Source of the DNA: Abditibacterium sp.
GTDB taxonomy: Bacteria; Armatimonadota; Abditibacteriia; Abditibacteriales; Abditibacteriaceae
Assembly (NCBI GenBank): GCA_965199495.1
Contig: CBDASK010000003.1
Coordinates: forward strand, 1,664,001-1,728,000
Direction of reading: 5' to 3'
DNA length: 64,000 bases
How positions within the stretch are numbered: position 1 is the first letter of the stretch; each line of letters begins with the position of its first letter. The position numbers and the translations under genes are program-made. Positions 40,358-49,995 of the stretch are shown in pieces. Below the pieces are notes generated by a model. The model was not told the origin of the DNA and made no database searches. It saw only the letters and a list, made by a program, of their open reading frames with translations.

Positions 40358-41566
40358 TTACGTCCAATACAAAATTTTGCCGTTGGGAAAACGCGCTTCG
40401 ATTTCGCGGGCGAACCAATTTTTGAGTTCTTTCATCGTTTCGCGCGGATAAACAAATTTCTGGCCGCCGAATTTGTTGCGTTTGATTTCGCGTTTGGCTT
40501 CGTCCAAATCGAGCGAGGTATTGGGATACCATTGCAGCAAAACGTCTTTGGAGCCGGGCGTGAAGCGATGGGTTATCAATTCAAACGTCAAATCGCATTC
40601 GAGATTTAGCGTCGCCGTGGCTTCATCGAGCAGCTTGGTATAGTGCGCCTGCCAATCGTCCATCGGCATAATCGGCGCGATAACCAAACCAATCGGATAA
40701 CCAGCCACGGCGAGCTTGCGCAGCGCGATCAAGCGTGCCGGAACGTTGGCGGTGCCGCCTTCCAATTTGCTCGAAACCGGCTCGGCGTTGACGCTGGCGC
40801 GAAAACGCGTTTGGCCGTTGTGCGGCAAATCGAGCAAATCATCCACGGCGTCGAACTTGGAAACGCTGCGCAAAAACCCGCGCTCGCGCGTCCCGAAGTA
40901 GCGAATGGACTGCGCCAAACTGCCCGTCAAATGTTCGATGCCAAGTGGATCGGTGTAGCACGAAACCTCGAACGAAGTCGAATCTTCGCGCCCACGTTCG
41001 GCAGTCGGCGACACGCCCGCCTTGAAGCCGCGGGGTCGCGCCGCCACGCGTTCCATCGTTTCGTATTGCGGCAAATTGCTCAGAATTTCGTCCAAATTGG
41101 CGAACACTTTCACGACGGGCGGGCCGGATAATGAACCGGCCAAATAGCAATATTGGCAATGCGCCGGGCAACCTTCGGCCAAATGATATTGCCAGTCGGC
41201 GGACGGCGGAATCGGCTGCAATTTCAGGTAAGACGGCGGCGAAACTTTGACGATCAAAGTGCGCTTGGACGCCGCATAAGTTTTGCGCACGTCTTCTTGT
41301 TCCAAACCGCGCACGGCGTTGGCTTTAAGTTTCTCGACGGAGATGCCCAACTTTTCCACGCGCTCCAAAATGCGATTTCCGTGTTCGTGTTCGAGCGCGG
41401 CGCGCGTGAAAATCGCGCGCTGAGGCATCCACAATGGCGCCGAGCGCGGCGGCGTGGCTGCATGCGGGTCGCGGGTCTGTTTTTCGGCTTGGTTGACCGC
41501 ATCGAGTGGCAACGAGACACCGCCAAGATGCGGCACGGGCAAAGACGAAGGCGATTCGTGAATCAT
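40358..41566 (-). CDS. Spore photoproduct lyase family radical SAM protein
   Basis: GCPAHCQYCYL (CxxxCxxC), SCYTDPL, ELITHRFT, K..K.G..KFVYP, C-terminal YWT. Confidence 0.88.
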   Translation of the reverse strand: MIHESPSSLPVPHLGGVSLPLDAVNQAEKQTRDPHAATPPRSAPLWMPQRAIFTRAALEHEHGNRILERVEKLGISVEKLKANAVRGLEQEDVRKTYAASKRTLIVKVSPPSYLKLQPIPPSADWQYHLAEGCPAHCQYCYLAGSLSGPPVVKVFANLDEILSNLPQYETMERVAARPRGFKAGVSPTAERGREDSTSFEVSCYTDPLGIEHLTGSLAQSIRYFGTRERGFLRSVSKFDAVDDLLDLPHNGQTRFRASVNAEPVSSKLEGGTANVPARLIALRKLAVAGYPIGLVIAPIMPMDDWQAHYTKLLDEATATLNLECDLTFELITHRFTPGSKDVLLQWYPNTSLDLDEAKREIKRNKFGGQKFVYPRETMKELKNWFAREIEARFPNGKILYWT

Positions 41567-41646
41567 GCGCGGGCGTTATGCAAGCCGCGCGCCCTAAATG
41601 GGACGCGCGCTACACTTTGGGCGCACGTTATCAACGACTTTATTCT

Positions 41647-42840
41647 ATGAAAACCGCGCATCTTTATCCGTTTCTGGGCCGCGACAAAGGCGGCATCGCC
41701 GCCTGTTTGCCGCCGATGCTGACCGCGCTCGAACAGGAAGGCATCGCGTGCCAATTAATATCGCAGCGCTTTCGCGGCGACGGCGATTTGACGGCGTTGG
41801 GATTGGAAAACACCGCGTTTGAAATCAAGCGCGCGCCGACGCGCGACCGTTCGGGATTAGGGCTTTCGCCGCAATTCAGTTCAATGGTTTGGCGTAGCGA
41901 AGCCGACGTTATTCATTCGCACGGTTTGTGGATGTGGAGCGACCGCGTGGCAAGTGCGGCGGCGCGCGGGTTGGGCAAACCGCACGTCATTTCGCCACAC
42001 GGAATGCTGGAACCGTGGGCGATGGCGAACTCGGCGCGCAAAAAACAGATGATGTGGCGCTTATTTCAAGGCCGCGCCCTCCATGACGCGCGCTGTTTGC
42101 ACGCGCTGTGCGAAGCCGAACGCGTTTCGATGCGCGCGCTGGGTTTGACCAATGCTATCGCCGTCGTGCCCAACGGCGTGAATCTAACGGAGTTCGACGA
42201 TTTGCCAGCGCGCGGTGAATTTGAAAGCGCGTTTCCCGCCGTCAAAGACCGGCGAGTTTTGTTGTTTATGGCGCGCTTGCATCCCAAAAAAGGCTTGGTG
42301 CCTTTACTTGGCGCGTGGCAAAAATTGGCGCGCCAATTTCCCGATTGGGTTCTGGTTATCGCTGGCCCCGACGAAAACGGGCATCGCGCCGAACTGGAAG
42401 CGATTATCGCGGCGGAAAAGCTGGAAATTTCGGTAATTTTCGCCGGAATGTTGAACGGCGAACTGAAACGCGCGGCGTTGGTGCGCGCCGATGCGTTTGT
42501 TTTGCCGTCGTTTAGCGAAGGTTTCAGCATCGCGATTTTAGAAGCGATGGCGTGCGCCCTGCCGGTTTTGCTGACGCCCGAATGTCATTTTCCCGACGCC
42601 GTCGAATGCGGCGCGGCCATCGAATGCGCGCCCCAAGAGGATTCGCTCGAAATGGGTTTGCGCGAATTGTTGGAAAAAAGCGAGGCCGAACGCGCCACGA
42701 TGGGCGCGCGCGGGCGCGATTTGGTCGCGCAGAAATATACATGGAAAAGCGTCGCGCAGGATTGGAAGCAACTTTACCAATGGTGCGAAGGCGAAAGTTC
42801 GGCGCCATCATTTGTTGAAATTGGGATGCCAGAGCGGTAG
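41647..42840 (+). CDS. Glycosyltransferase family 4
   Basis: IHSHGLW, SPHGMLEPW, RLHPKKG, LPSFSEGFSIAILEAMA. Confidence 0.92.
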   Translation: MKTAHLYPFLGRDKGGIAACLPPMLTALEQEGIACQLISQRFRGDGDLTALGLENTAFEIKRAPTRDRSGLGLSPQFSSMVWRSEADVIHSHGLWMWSDRVASAAARGLGKPHVISPHGMLEPWAMANSARKKQMMWRLFQGRALHDARCLHALCEAERVSMRALGLTNAIAVVPNGVNLTEFDDLPARGEFESAFPAVKDRRVLLFMARLHPKKGLVPLLGAWQKLARQFPDWVLVIAGPDENGHRAELEAIIAAEKLEISVIFAGMLNGELKRAALVRADAFVLPSFSEGFSIAILEAMACALPVLLTPECHFPDAVECGAAIECAPQEDSLEMGLRELLEKSEAERATMGARGRDLVAQKYTWKSVAQDWKQLYQWCEGESSAPSFVEIGMPER

Positions 42841-43175
42841 AAAAATTACAGCACTATTTTAAACGTGCAAAACGTGGGATTAATATTGGCACTCTTTAAT
42901 TGCAGATGCACATTTATTGCGTTAAAATGAGCGCTGTCCGCAGGAAATTCAGCGTATAGAACTACAAATTTAAAACGAAATTATGACGGCAAAATGCAGC
43001 CTTTCATTTGGAACGAGAGAATTTACGCTAATTTTGCAGCGTGTTGACAAGACAAATTAGATTTAGGCAATTTTCTTGATAGAGTATCTATAGGAATCGG
43101 TGAACTTTCGATGAAATCCGGCGCAATAGAAGGGCTTTTCGAGAGGTATCACCAATTATAAAGCGAGGAAACCAA

Positions 43176-44519
43176 ATGCGAATTTGTTTGATTAGCGAGT
43201 ATTTTTATCCCGACAGTGGCGGAGGCACCGGAACGGTGCTTTCCAATTTGACGCGCCACCTGAAGGATGCCCACGGCGATGTCGAAATTGATGTGATCAC
43301 CAGTCGTCATCTTTATCGTGCCACGCCGGGCGCTGAAAATTCGCTTTCCTCGCGGGATAATTGGGACGGTATCGAAATCGAGCGCCTCAACACGCCGCGC
43401 CCGCACGCTTCCAATATCAAAAAACGTTTGTTGGCCAATTTGCGATTTAGCGGAGCCGCTCTGCGCGCCGTTATCGGGCGGCGGCGCTATGACTTAGTGC
43501 TGGTTTCGACCGCGCCACCGACCGCGCCGATGGCGGCCAAAGCGCTGTTGGGCATGACCAAAACGCCCTACGCCTATATCGTTTACGACTTGTTCCCCGA
43601 CGTGGCTGTTGCCCTCGGCGTGCTGGATAAGGAATCGAAACCCGCGAAGATTTTACATAAATCCCAGCGCGGCTGGCTGCACGGCGCCGAAAAAACTATC
43701 GTTTTGGGCCGCTGCATGGCCGATCATCTGGTCAAGGCTTACGAGTTGCCGCGCCAGAAAATCGAGGTTATCGCTGTGGGCGCCGACGCGCAGCAAATCG
43801 AGCCGTTGTCGAACCAAACCAAGTTTCGCGAAAACAACAATTTGAAAGATTTCGTGGTTTTGTGGGCGGGTAATTTCGGCCATCACCAAAACTTCGACGC
43901 GATTTTGGACGCCGCGCTCGAACTGAAAAAGAGCGGGCGCAAAATCACGTTCGCGTTCGTGGGCGATGGCGCCAAACGCGAATATATCGCCAAACGCATT
44001 TGCGAAGAAAATATCAGCAACGCGCGTATGTTTCCTTTTGTGCCGGTCGCGCAGTTTTCCGATATGTTAGCTTCGGCGGACGTTTCCTTGGTGGCGTTGG
44101 AGCCGGGCGCCGAAGGTTTGGGCGTGCCCTCGAAGTTCTATAACATTTTGGCTTCGGGGCGCCCGACGGTGGCTTTGGTGGCGCCCGGTTCGGAAGTCGC
44201 GCACGTTTTGGCCGAGAACGATTGCGGCGTGCGCATTGATCAAGACGGCGCGCAGTTGGCGCACGTCATCGGCGAACTGGCCGACGATCCGCAGCGCGCC
44301 GCGCGCATGGGCATCAACGCGCGCCGCGCGCTCGAAGAGAAATATTCGATGAAGCAAGTCGCGCAGCAGTTCTATGACGTGTTAAAAGAGGTGGCGACCA
44401 AATCGCCGCACGCGCGCCAGTTCGCAGCAGCCACGTCGCCCGTCAAACGCTCCGATTCCAAGTTATCCGATGAAGACGCGGGCTTGACTTTCGATATTTC
44501 CAGTAAATCGCGCGCTTGA
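43176..44519 (+). CDS. Glycosyltransferase family 4 (WcaI/WbuB-like)
   Basis: SEYFYPD, YDLFPD, AGNFG, VPSKFYNILASGRP. Confidence 0.9.
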   Translation: MRICLISEYFYPDSGGGTGTVLSNLTRHLKDAHGDVEIDVITSRHLYRATPGAENSLSSRDNWDGIEIERLNTPRPHASNIKKRLLANLRFSGAALRAVIGRRRYDLVLVSTAPPTAPMAAKALLGMTKTPYAYIVYDLFPDVAVALGVLDKESKPAKILHKSQRGWLHGAEKTIVLGRCMADHLVKAYELPRQKIEVIAVGADAQQIEPLSNQTKFRENNNLKDFVVLWAGNFGHHQNFDAILDAALELKKSGRKITFAFVGDGAKREYIAKRICEENISNARMFPFVPVAQFSDMLASADVSLVALEPGAEGLGVPSKFYNILASGRPTVALVAPGSEVAHVLAENDCGVRIDQDGAQLAHVIGELADDPQRAARMGINARRALEEKYSMKQVAQQFYDVLKEVATKSPHARQFAAATSPVKRSDSKLSDEDAGLTFDISSKSRA

Positions 44520-44661
44520 TTCTTTCCCTCCACAAGTAACGCGATGGGCAACAGGAAACCTTTGCCCGTTTCGGCCTTCAATTCTTGATGGACGCGGCTC
44601 ACAACTCGCCCGTTTTGATTTAAGCTCTTACTCTGTTTTTCGGCTGGTGCCGCTCACGTTC

Positions 44662-45669
44662 ATGGAAGCCCTCAAAAGTTCGCCCCTCGCCGCGTTTGTC
44701 GCCGCGCTTGTGGTCACCTTAATCGCGACGCCCTGGGTCAAGCGTTTGGGCTGGCGCTTCGGCGCCGTGGCTGTGCCCGACGCGCGCCGCAAACATCCCG
44801 AACCCATCGCGATGTGGGGCGGCTTGGCCGTGTTTTTGGGCGTTGTCGTGGCGGCATTCATCTGGCGCCCGGCCTCAACCGACGATTTGCGATTGCTGGC
44901 GCCGTCGAGCAATCCCGCCGATATTAGCGCGACCGTTCAAACCGTGCGCTTGACCAGCACGTTTTTACTGACCGGCTTTCTGATGGTCGTGCTGGGCATG
45001 ATTGACGACCGCTGGGAACTCTCGCCACTGCGCAAAATGGGCGGGCAAGTTTTGATCGTGGCTTTGCTATGGTATCTGGGCGTGCGCATTCGTTCGATTC
45101 CCTTCACCGGCGGCGAGCAGCAGTTCGCCGATTGGGCCTCGTTTTTGGTGACGCTGGTGTGGATTATCGGCTTGGTCAACGCGGTCAATTTCATTGATGG
45201 CGTAGACGGTTTGGCGGCGGGCGTGTGCGCGATTGCGGCGGGCAGTTTGTGCCTGATGTTGCTTTCGACCGCGAGTTGGGCCGCCGCCGCCAGCGCCGCA
45301 CTTTGCGGGGCTTGCATCGGTTTTCTGCGCTACAATTTTCATCCGGCCAAGATATTTTTGGGCGATACCGGCTCGATGCTATTGGGTTTTTGGCTGGCCA
45401 CAATCGCCATCGCTTCCAACGCCAAAGCCGCCGCCGCCACGACTTTAATTTTGCCGCTCATCGTGATGGGCGTGCCAGTCTTCGATACGCTGTGGGCGAT
45501 TGTGCGGCGTTCTCTGGCGCGTCAAGCGCCGTGGAAAGCGGATCGTGGTCACATTCATCATCGCTTGTTGGCGCGTGGTTTTACGCCAGTTAAAACAGTG
45601 CTGGTCTTGTATTCGATTTCGTTTGTCCTGGGCGCGAGCGCGGTGCTTTATACATGGTTGAAATCGTGA
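44662..45669 (+). CDS. Undecaprenyl-phosphate GlcNAc-1-phosphate transferase (WecA/TagO, MraY family)
   Basis: GMIDD, NAVNFIDGVDGL, YNFHPAKIFLGDTG, DRGHIHHRL. Confidence 0.93.
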   Translation: MEALKSSPLAAFVAALVVTLIATPWVKRLGWRFGAVAVPDARRKHPEPIAMWGGLAVFLGVVVAAFIWRPASTDDLRLLAPSSNPADISATVQTVRLTSTFLLTGFLMVVLGMIDDRWELSPLRKMGGQVLIVALLWYLGVRIRSIPFTGGEQQFADWASFLVTLVWIIGLVNAVNFIDGVDGLAAGVCAIAAGSLCLMLLSTASWAAAASAALCGACIGFLRYNFHPAKIFLGDTGSMLLGFWLATIAIASNAKAAAATTLILPLIVMGVPVFDTLWAIVRRSLARQAPWKADRGHIHHRLLARGFTPVKTVLVLYSISFVLGASAVLYTWLKS

Positions 45670-45695
45670 GCAGTCATCTTTGAAATTTGAATTTT

Positions 45696-46946
45696 ATGAA
45701 CAACAAGAAAATTCCTAAAGCCGTAGTGGCTTATTCTGGCGCGCGCGATCATTATCAATTGCCCCTCGCGCTGAGCGAGGCGAATTTGCTCGAAGCGTTC
45801 GTGACCGAAATGTATTGGCCCGCCGACAGGAAAATTTTTACGCGCGGCATCGGCAAAATAATGCCCGATTCGTTTGTGAAAGCGCGCTTTCATCCCGATT
45901 TGCCCAGCCGCCGCGTGCGCGTGCCCGCCCGCGCGTTCGTTGCCGAAGCGCTAAGACAAGTTTTGCCTCAGTTGCCGTTACACGCGCCCAAAGATGTCGC
46001 TTTAAGCGAGCGGTCGCGCCAGATCGCGATTCGCACGGGCGCCGCGATTTTCACTTATAGTTACTACGGTTTCGAGGCTTTTCGCGAAGGCGCCGACCGC
46101 CCGCCGTTTCGTTTTTTGTTTCAAGTTCATCCGCACCCGCAATCCATTCGCGATATTTTGCGGCAGGAGTTGGAACTCACGCCGCAAGGGAGTTTTTCGT
46201 TGCGCGCGGAACATGAATTGTCATGGCCGCAAGAACAATTCGATCGCTTGAGCCAAGAACCCAATTTAGCCAATGGTTGGGTCGTCGCCAGTAATTATAC
46301 CGCTCAAACATTATCCGAAAATGGCATTCCTCGCGATAAAATACACGTTGTCCCTTATGGAGTAGACACCAGCGCCTTTGCAAAACGAGATAAACATCCC
46401 GATTCAAAAGAACCATTTCGCGTTATTTTTATCGGTAGCTTGGTTCAACGCAAAGGACTCTCTTATTTATTAGATGCCGTTCGCCAATTAAAATCGCGCG
46501 ACATCGAAGTATTTTTATGTGGTCGCGATTCCGTTGATCACGATTTAATCAATTATTATCAAGACCTAAACGTCGAAGTTAAAATTGGTTTACCGCGTTC
46601 TGAATTAATTCAATTGCTCCAGAGTTGCGATGTCTTTGTGTTGCCTTCGTTAGTGGAAGGTTTCGCCCACGTTATCGTCGAAGCGATGGCGTGCGGATTA
46701 CCGATTATCACCACCGATCATACCTGTGGCCCCGACGTGATGACCGAGGGCGAACATGGGTTTATCGTGCCGATTCGCGACGCGACGGCGATTGCGCAAA
46801 AGTTGGAATGGGGCATGGACAATCGCGAAGAGTTGGCCGCTATGGGCGACAACGCGGCGGCACAGGCACAATTGTTTACGTGGGAAAGATTTCGCGCCGG
46901 TGCGCGCGCGGCCTATTTCGCGATGCTGAACGATGTCGAGCATTAG
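45696..46946 (+). CDS. Glycosyltransferase family 4
   Basis: GARDHY, PYGVD, QRKG, LPSLVEGFAHVIVEAMACG. Confidence 0.9.
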   Translation: MNNKKIPKAVVAYSGARDHYQLPLALSEANLLEAFVTEMYWPADRKIFTRGIGKIMPDSFVKARFHPDLPSRRVRVPARAFVAEALRQVLPQLPLHAPKDVALSERSRQIAIRTGAAIFTYSYYGFEAFREGADRPPFRFLFQVHPHPQSIRDILRQELELTPQGSFSLRAEHELSWPQEQFDRLSQEPNLANGWVVASNYTAQTLSENGIPRDKIHVVPYGVDTSAFAKRDKHPDSKEPFRVIFIGSLVQRKGLSYLLDAVRQLKSRDIEVFLCGRDSVDHDLINYYQDLNVEVKIGLPRSELIQLLQSCDVFVLPSLVEGFAHVIVEAMACGLPIITTDHTCGPDVMTEGEHGFIVPIRDATAIAQKLEWGMDNREELAAMGDNAAAQAQLFTWERFRAGARAAYFAMLNDVEH

Positions 46947-46981
46947 CGCATGATTGGGAAGATGGCGAGTCCCAGCGCGAC

Positions 46982-47956
46982 TTAGCCACGGGTTGAACTG
47001 GCGGACGAAACCTTCAATGCGGTCTCTTCCAAATTGTTCTGCTTGATAATTTTCGCCAGTCGGCTTTCGATTTCGGCCAGTGGCATATACCCGCGCGCTT
47101 TGAGTTCGCGGCTCAACTTGTAGCATTCGAGCGAAACGGGTTCGCGGCGATTCCACTCGTGTAACACGGCCAGCCAACCTTTGAGCAGACCGTGCGCGCC
47201 GTGGTTGGTATGGCCCAAACTGGCGACATGAAGCGCCGAGCGCGTGCCGCTCCCCAAAATCTGCGGAATGAAATCGGGCATCGGCACGTTATACCACGCA
47301 TAAAGCGTGTGGTTGCGCGGCCCCAGTTGGTTGAGCCGCTTGGAAGCGCGAATCGGCGATTCGTGATGATCAATCGGCGGCGCGGTGCCCCACTTCACGA
47401 TATATCCGGCGTTGAGCAGACGCAACGCATAATCGCCTTCTTCGATGTGCATGAAATAATAGGGACGATAACCGCCCAATTCCAAAAATAAATCGCGGCG
47501 AAACGCGATCATGCCGCCGAAATACTCCAAACCGATATAAATCTGCTGCTTGTCGGGCGCAACCGTTTTCACCAGATTGGGGTCTTTGTTGACATTGATA
47601 AACGGAATCGTGACGGCGCCTACGCGCTCCTCGTCGAACTCGGCGATGGTATGCGCGAAAGTATCGGCGTGAGGGAAAGTGCAATCGTCGTCAATGGTGA
47701 ACAGAAACTCGCCTTTGGCCATGCGCGCGCCCTGATTGCGCCGGTAAGATGGCCCGCGCGAACGCCGGAAACTCTCGACACGCACCTGCGGAAATTTCCT
47801 GCGCACGACATCCGAAGTGCCGTCGGTCGAGCCGTCATCTAACACGATAATCTCGAGCGGCTCGTCTTGCTGGAGAATCGAGGCGATGGTTTCGCAGAGA
47901 ATATCGCGACGATTCTTCGTCGGAATTATAACTGACGCGCGCAAAGGTTTTGACAT
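46982..47956 (-). CDS. Glycosyltransferase family 2
   Basis: SVIIPTKNR, DDGSTDGT, IDDD, EEGD. Confidence 0.92.
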   Translation of the reverse strand: MSKPLRASVIIPTKNRRDILCETIASILQQDEPLEIIVLDDGSTDGTSDVVRRKFPQVRVESFRRSRGPSYRRNQGARMAKGEFLFTIDDDCTFPHADTFAHTIAEFDEERVGAVTIPFINVNKDPNLVKTVAPDKQQIYIGLEYFGGMIAFRRDLFLELGGYRPYYFMHIEEGDYALRLLNAGYIVKWGTAPPIDHHESPIRASKRLNQLGPRNHTLYAWYNVPMPDFIPQILGSGTRSALHVASLGHTNHGAHGLLKGWLAVLHEWNRREPVSLECYKLSRELKARGYMPLAEIESRLAKIIKQNNLEETALKVSSASSTRG

Positions 47957-48031
47957 AAGATGAGAATATTTCGTGGACGCTCGAACCGTTCGAGCGCCAA
48001 ATAGAGACGGGATTTGAATAAGGTTACAGCA

Positions 48032-48844
48032 TTATTTTTTCCAAAACATCCAGCCGGGCGTTTTAGCCGCCTCCACCATCGGCGCCCTGACGCGCTCGCC
48101 GTTCAATAAACGGCGCGGATTATCCACGAATATCTGGCGCGCGGCCTCTTCGCCGACGATAGATTTGACTTTCTCAACGCACTCCAGCGGCAGACTATTT
48201 TTGGTCGAGTGCGCGTCCGAAGCCACGAGGGAAACCTGTCCATCGCGCAGCAGACGAAAACAACAATCGCGCATCGGTTTTGTCATGCCACCCAAAATCG
48301 CGTCGGCGGTGATTTGAATCACACCGCCCGCGCTGATGGTCTGCTCCATAATTTTCGGGTCTTTCTGCACATCCATATAACGCTCCGGGTGCGCGATAAC
48401 CGGCGTAATGCCCTGCCCGCTCATGTTTTGCACGACCTGCCAGCCAAACGGTGGCCAGTTGGGAAACGGCGATTCGATCAAAGCGAACTTGCCTTTGTGC
48501 CCATAAGTCAATTCTAATTCGCCGGGCAAACGCTCCTGCACATCCACCGAACCCAACAAAATTTCAGCGCCCGGCAAAACTTGAAGCGCGATGCCGCGTT
48601 CGTTGATGGCGTTTTGCAAACTCAGCACGCCCTGCGCGATGACATCGGCGGGACGTTTTTGTTTGCGGCGCCGAAAATCGCGCCCGACGTGCGGCGTGGC
48701 GAACACGATTTTCATGCCCGCATCGGCGAATTTCTGCGCCATCGCCAGCGATTCGTCGAGCGTGTCCGGCCCATCGTCCCATTCGGGCAGAATGTGGCAG
48801 TGCAAATCAATTTCGGGCACCCAATCGGGAGTAACATTTTCCAT
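48032..48844 (-). CDS. CpsB/CapC family (PHP) tyrosine-protein phosphatase
   Basis: DLHCHILP..DDG, ATPH, IAHPER, ASDAH. Confidence 0.93.
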   Translation of the reverse strand: MENVTPDWVPEIDLHCHILPEWDDGPDTLDESLAMAQKFADAGMKIVFATPHVGRDFRRRKQKRPADVIAQGVLSLQNAINERGIALQVLPGAEILLGSVDVQERLPGELELTYGHKGKFALIESPFPNWPPFGWQVVQNMSGQGITPVIAHPERYMDVQKDPKIMEQTISAGGVIQITADAILGGMTKPMRDCCFRLLRDGQVSLVASDAHSTKNSLPLECVEKVKSIVGEEAARQIFVDNPRRLLNGERVRAPMVEAAKTPGWMFWKK

Positions 48845-48850
48845 CTGTAG

Positions 48851-49333
48851 TTAAACCTTCTCACCAATTCCGCCAATTTGAACCAACAAATCGGCCATTT
48901 CCAATGCGGCGTCCATCGCCTCGCTCCCTTTGTTGCCGACTTTGGCGCCCGCTCGGTCAAACGCTTGTTCGAGCGTGTCAACGGTGAGAACGCCGAAAAT
49001 CGTCGGCACGCCGGTTTGCAGCGCGACATGAGAAATGCCTGACGCCGCCTGTCCGCACACGTAATCGTAATGCGAAGTCGCGCCACGAATCACGCAACCG
49101 ATGCAGATAATCGCGGCGAATCGCTCGGTTTGCGCCATCTTCAGAGCAGCCACCGGCAGTTCGTAGGCGCCGGGCACGCGCGCGATTTCGACGTGTTTCT
49201 CGTCGCCGCCGTGCCGCGCGAACGACCACAGCGCGCCTTCGAGCAAGCGATTGGTAATCAGTTCATTAAAGCGCCCGACAACAATGCCAATTTTGCGTTC
49301 GGGCACGACGAGGCGGCCTTCGTGAGTAATCAT
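48851..49333 (-). CDS. ribH: 6,7-dimethyl-8-ribityllumazine synthase
   Basis: RFNELIT, VPGAYELP, IRGATSHYDYV, GNKG. Confidence 0.97.
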   Translation of the reverse strand: MITHEGRLVVPERKIGIVVGRFNELITNRLLEGALWSFARHGGDEKHVEIARVPGAYELPVAALKMAQTERFAAIICIGCVIRGATSHYDYVCGQAASGISHVALQTGVPTIFGVLTVDTLEQAFDRAGAKVGNKGSEAMDAALEMADLLVQIGGIGEKV

Positions 49334-49441
49334 GTGAGAAAAGGATAAAGGATGAGGGCGAAAGGATAAAGGTTTGCGGCGTTATGAAGTGGGGTTGTTT
49401 GTTGTCTTGCGCCAGTTTGAGTTAAGCGATAAGATTGGTTT

Positions 49442-49948
49442 ATGTTCGATAGATTCAGTATGAATAAACGGAAATTAGGCAAATCCGAAAAGTTTCTCGC
49501 AGTGACACTCTCACTATGTATGATTCCATTACTCATAGCATCTCAAACTCCGCATATCGACCCAGATATAGCTACTCCTGAGGTGACTTGTCAGAACATC
49601 GTCCGAGCTTTGGCAATTGGAAATGACAAGGGATTAGAGAAACTAACAACACCTCAAGGATTCGCTGCTCTCCAAAAAGCGCGCTCAGATGAAAGGTTCG
49701 GATCGCAACCTAAAGTCGCTCAGAGAATTTTCAATGAGTGGGGCACTTCGATTTATTGGTATGGCGTAACTCCAGACAGAGAAGGGAAATTTAGCATGGC
49801 GGGAGTCGCAAAATACGGGAAAACAGATGGTGCTATTTCTTTCCAACAAACCCGAAATGGATGGAAATTAGATGGATATGAACCTCGTTCCGGTAAAAAT
49901 ATCAGAGGCACACGTAGTAGCGTTGGAAGCATGTGGAATTTGAAGTAG
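49442..49948 (+). CDS. Hypothetical exported protein (AT-rich, antisense to the rib operon)
   Basis: 168-aa ORF with a signal-like segment and atypical AT-rich codons; start may be 49460. Confidence 0.6.
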   Translation: MFDRFSMNKRKLGKSEKFLAVTLSLCMIPLLIASQTPHIDPDIATPEVTCQNIVRALAIGNDKGLEKLTTPQGFAALQKARSDERFGSQPKVAQRIFNEWGTSIYWYGVTPDREGKFSMAGVAKYGKTDGAISFQQTRNGWKLDGYEPRSGKNIRGTRSSVGSMWNLK

Positions 49949-49995
49949 GAGATTACGCAATTGAGCTAATGCAATGATTATCCATTTTGCTTCAA

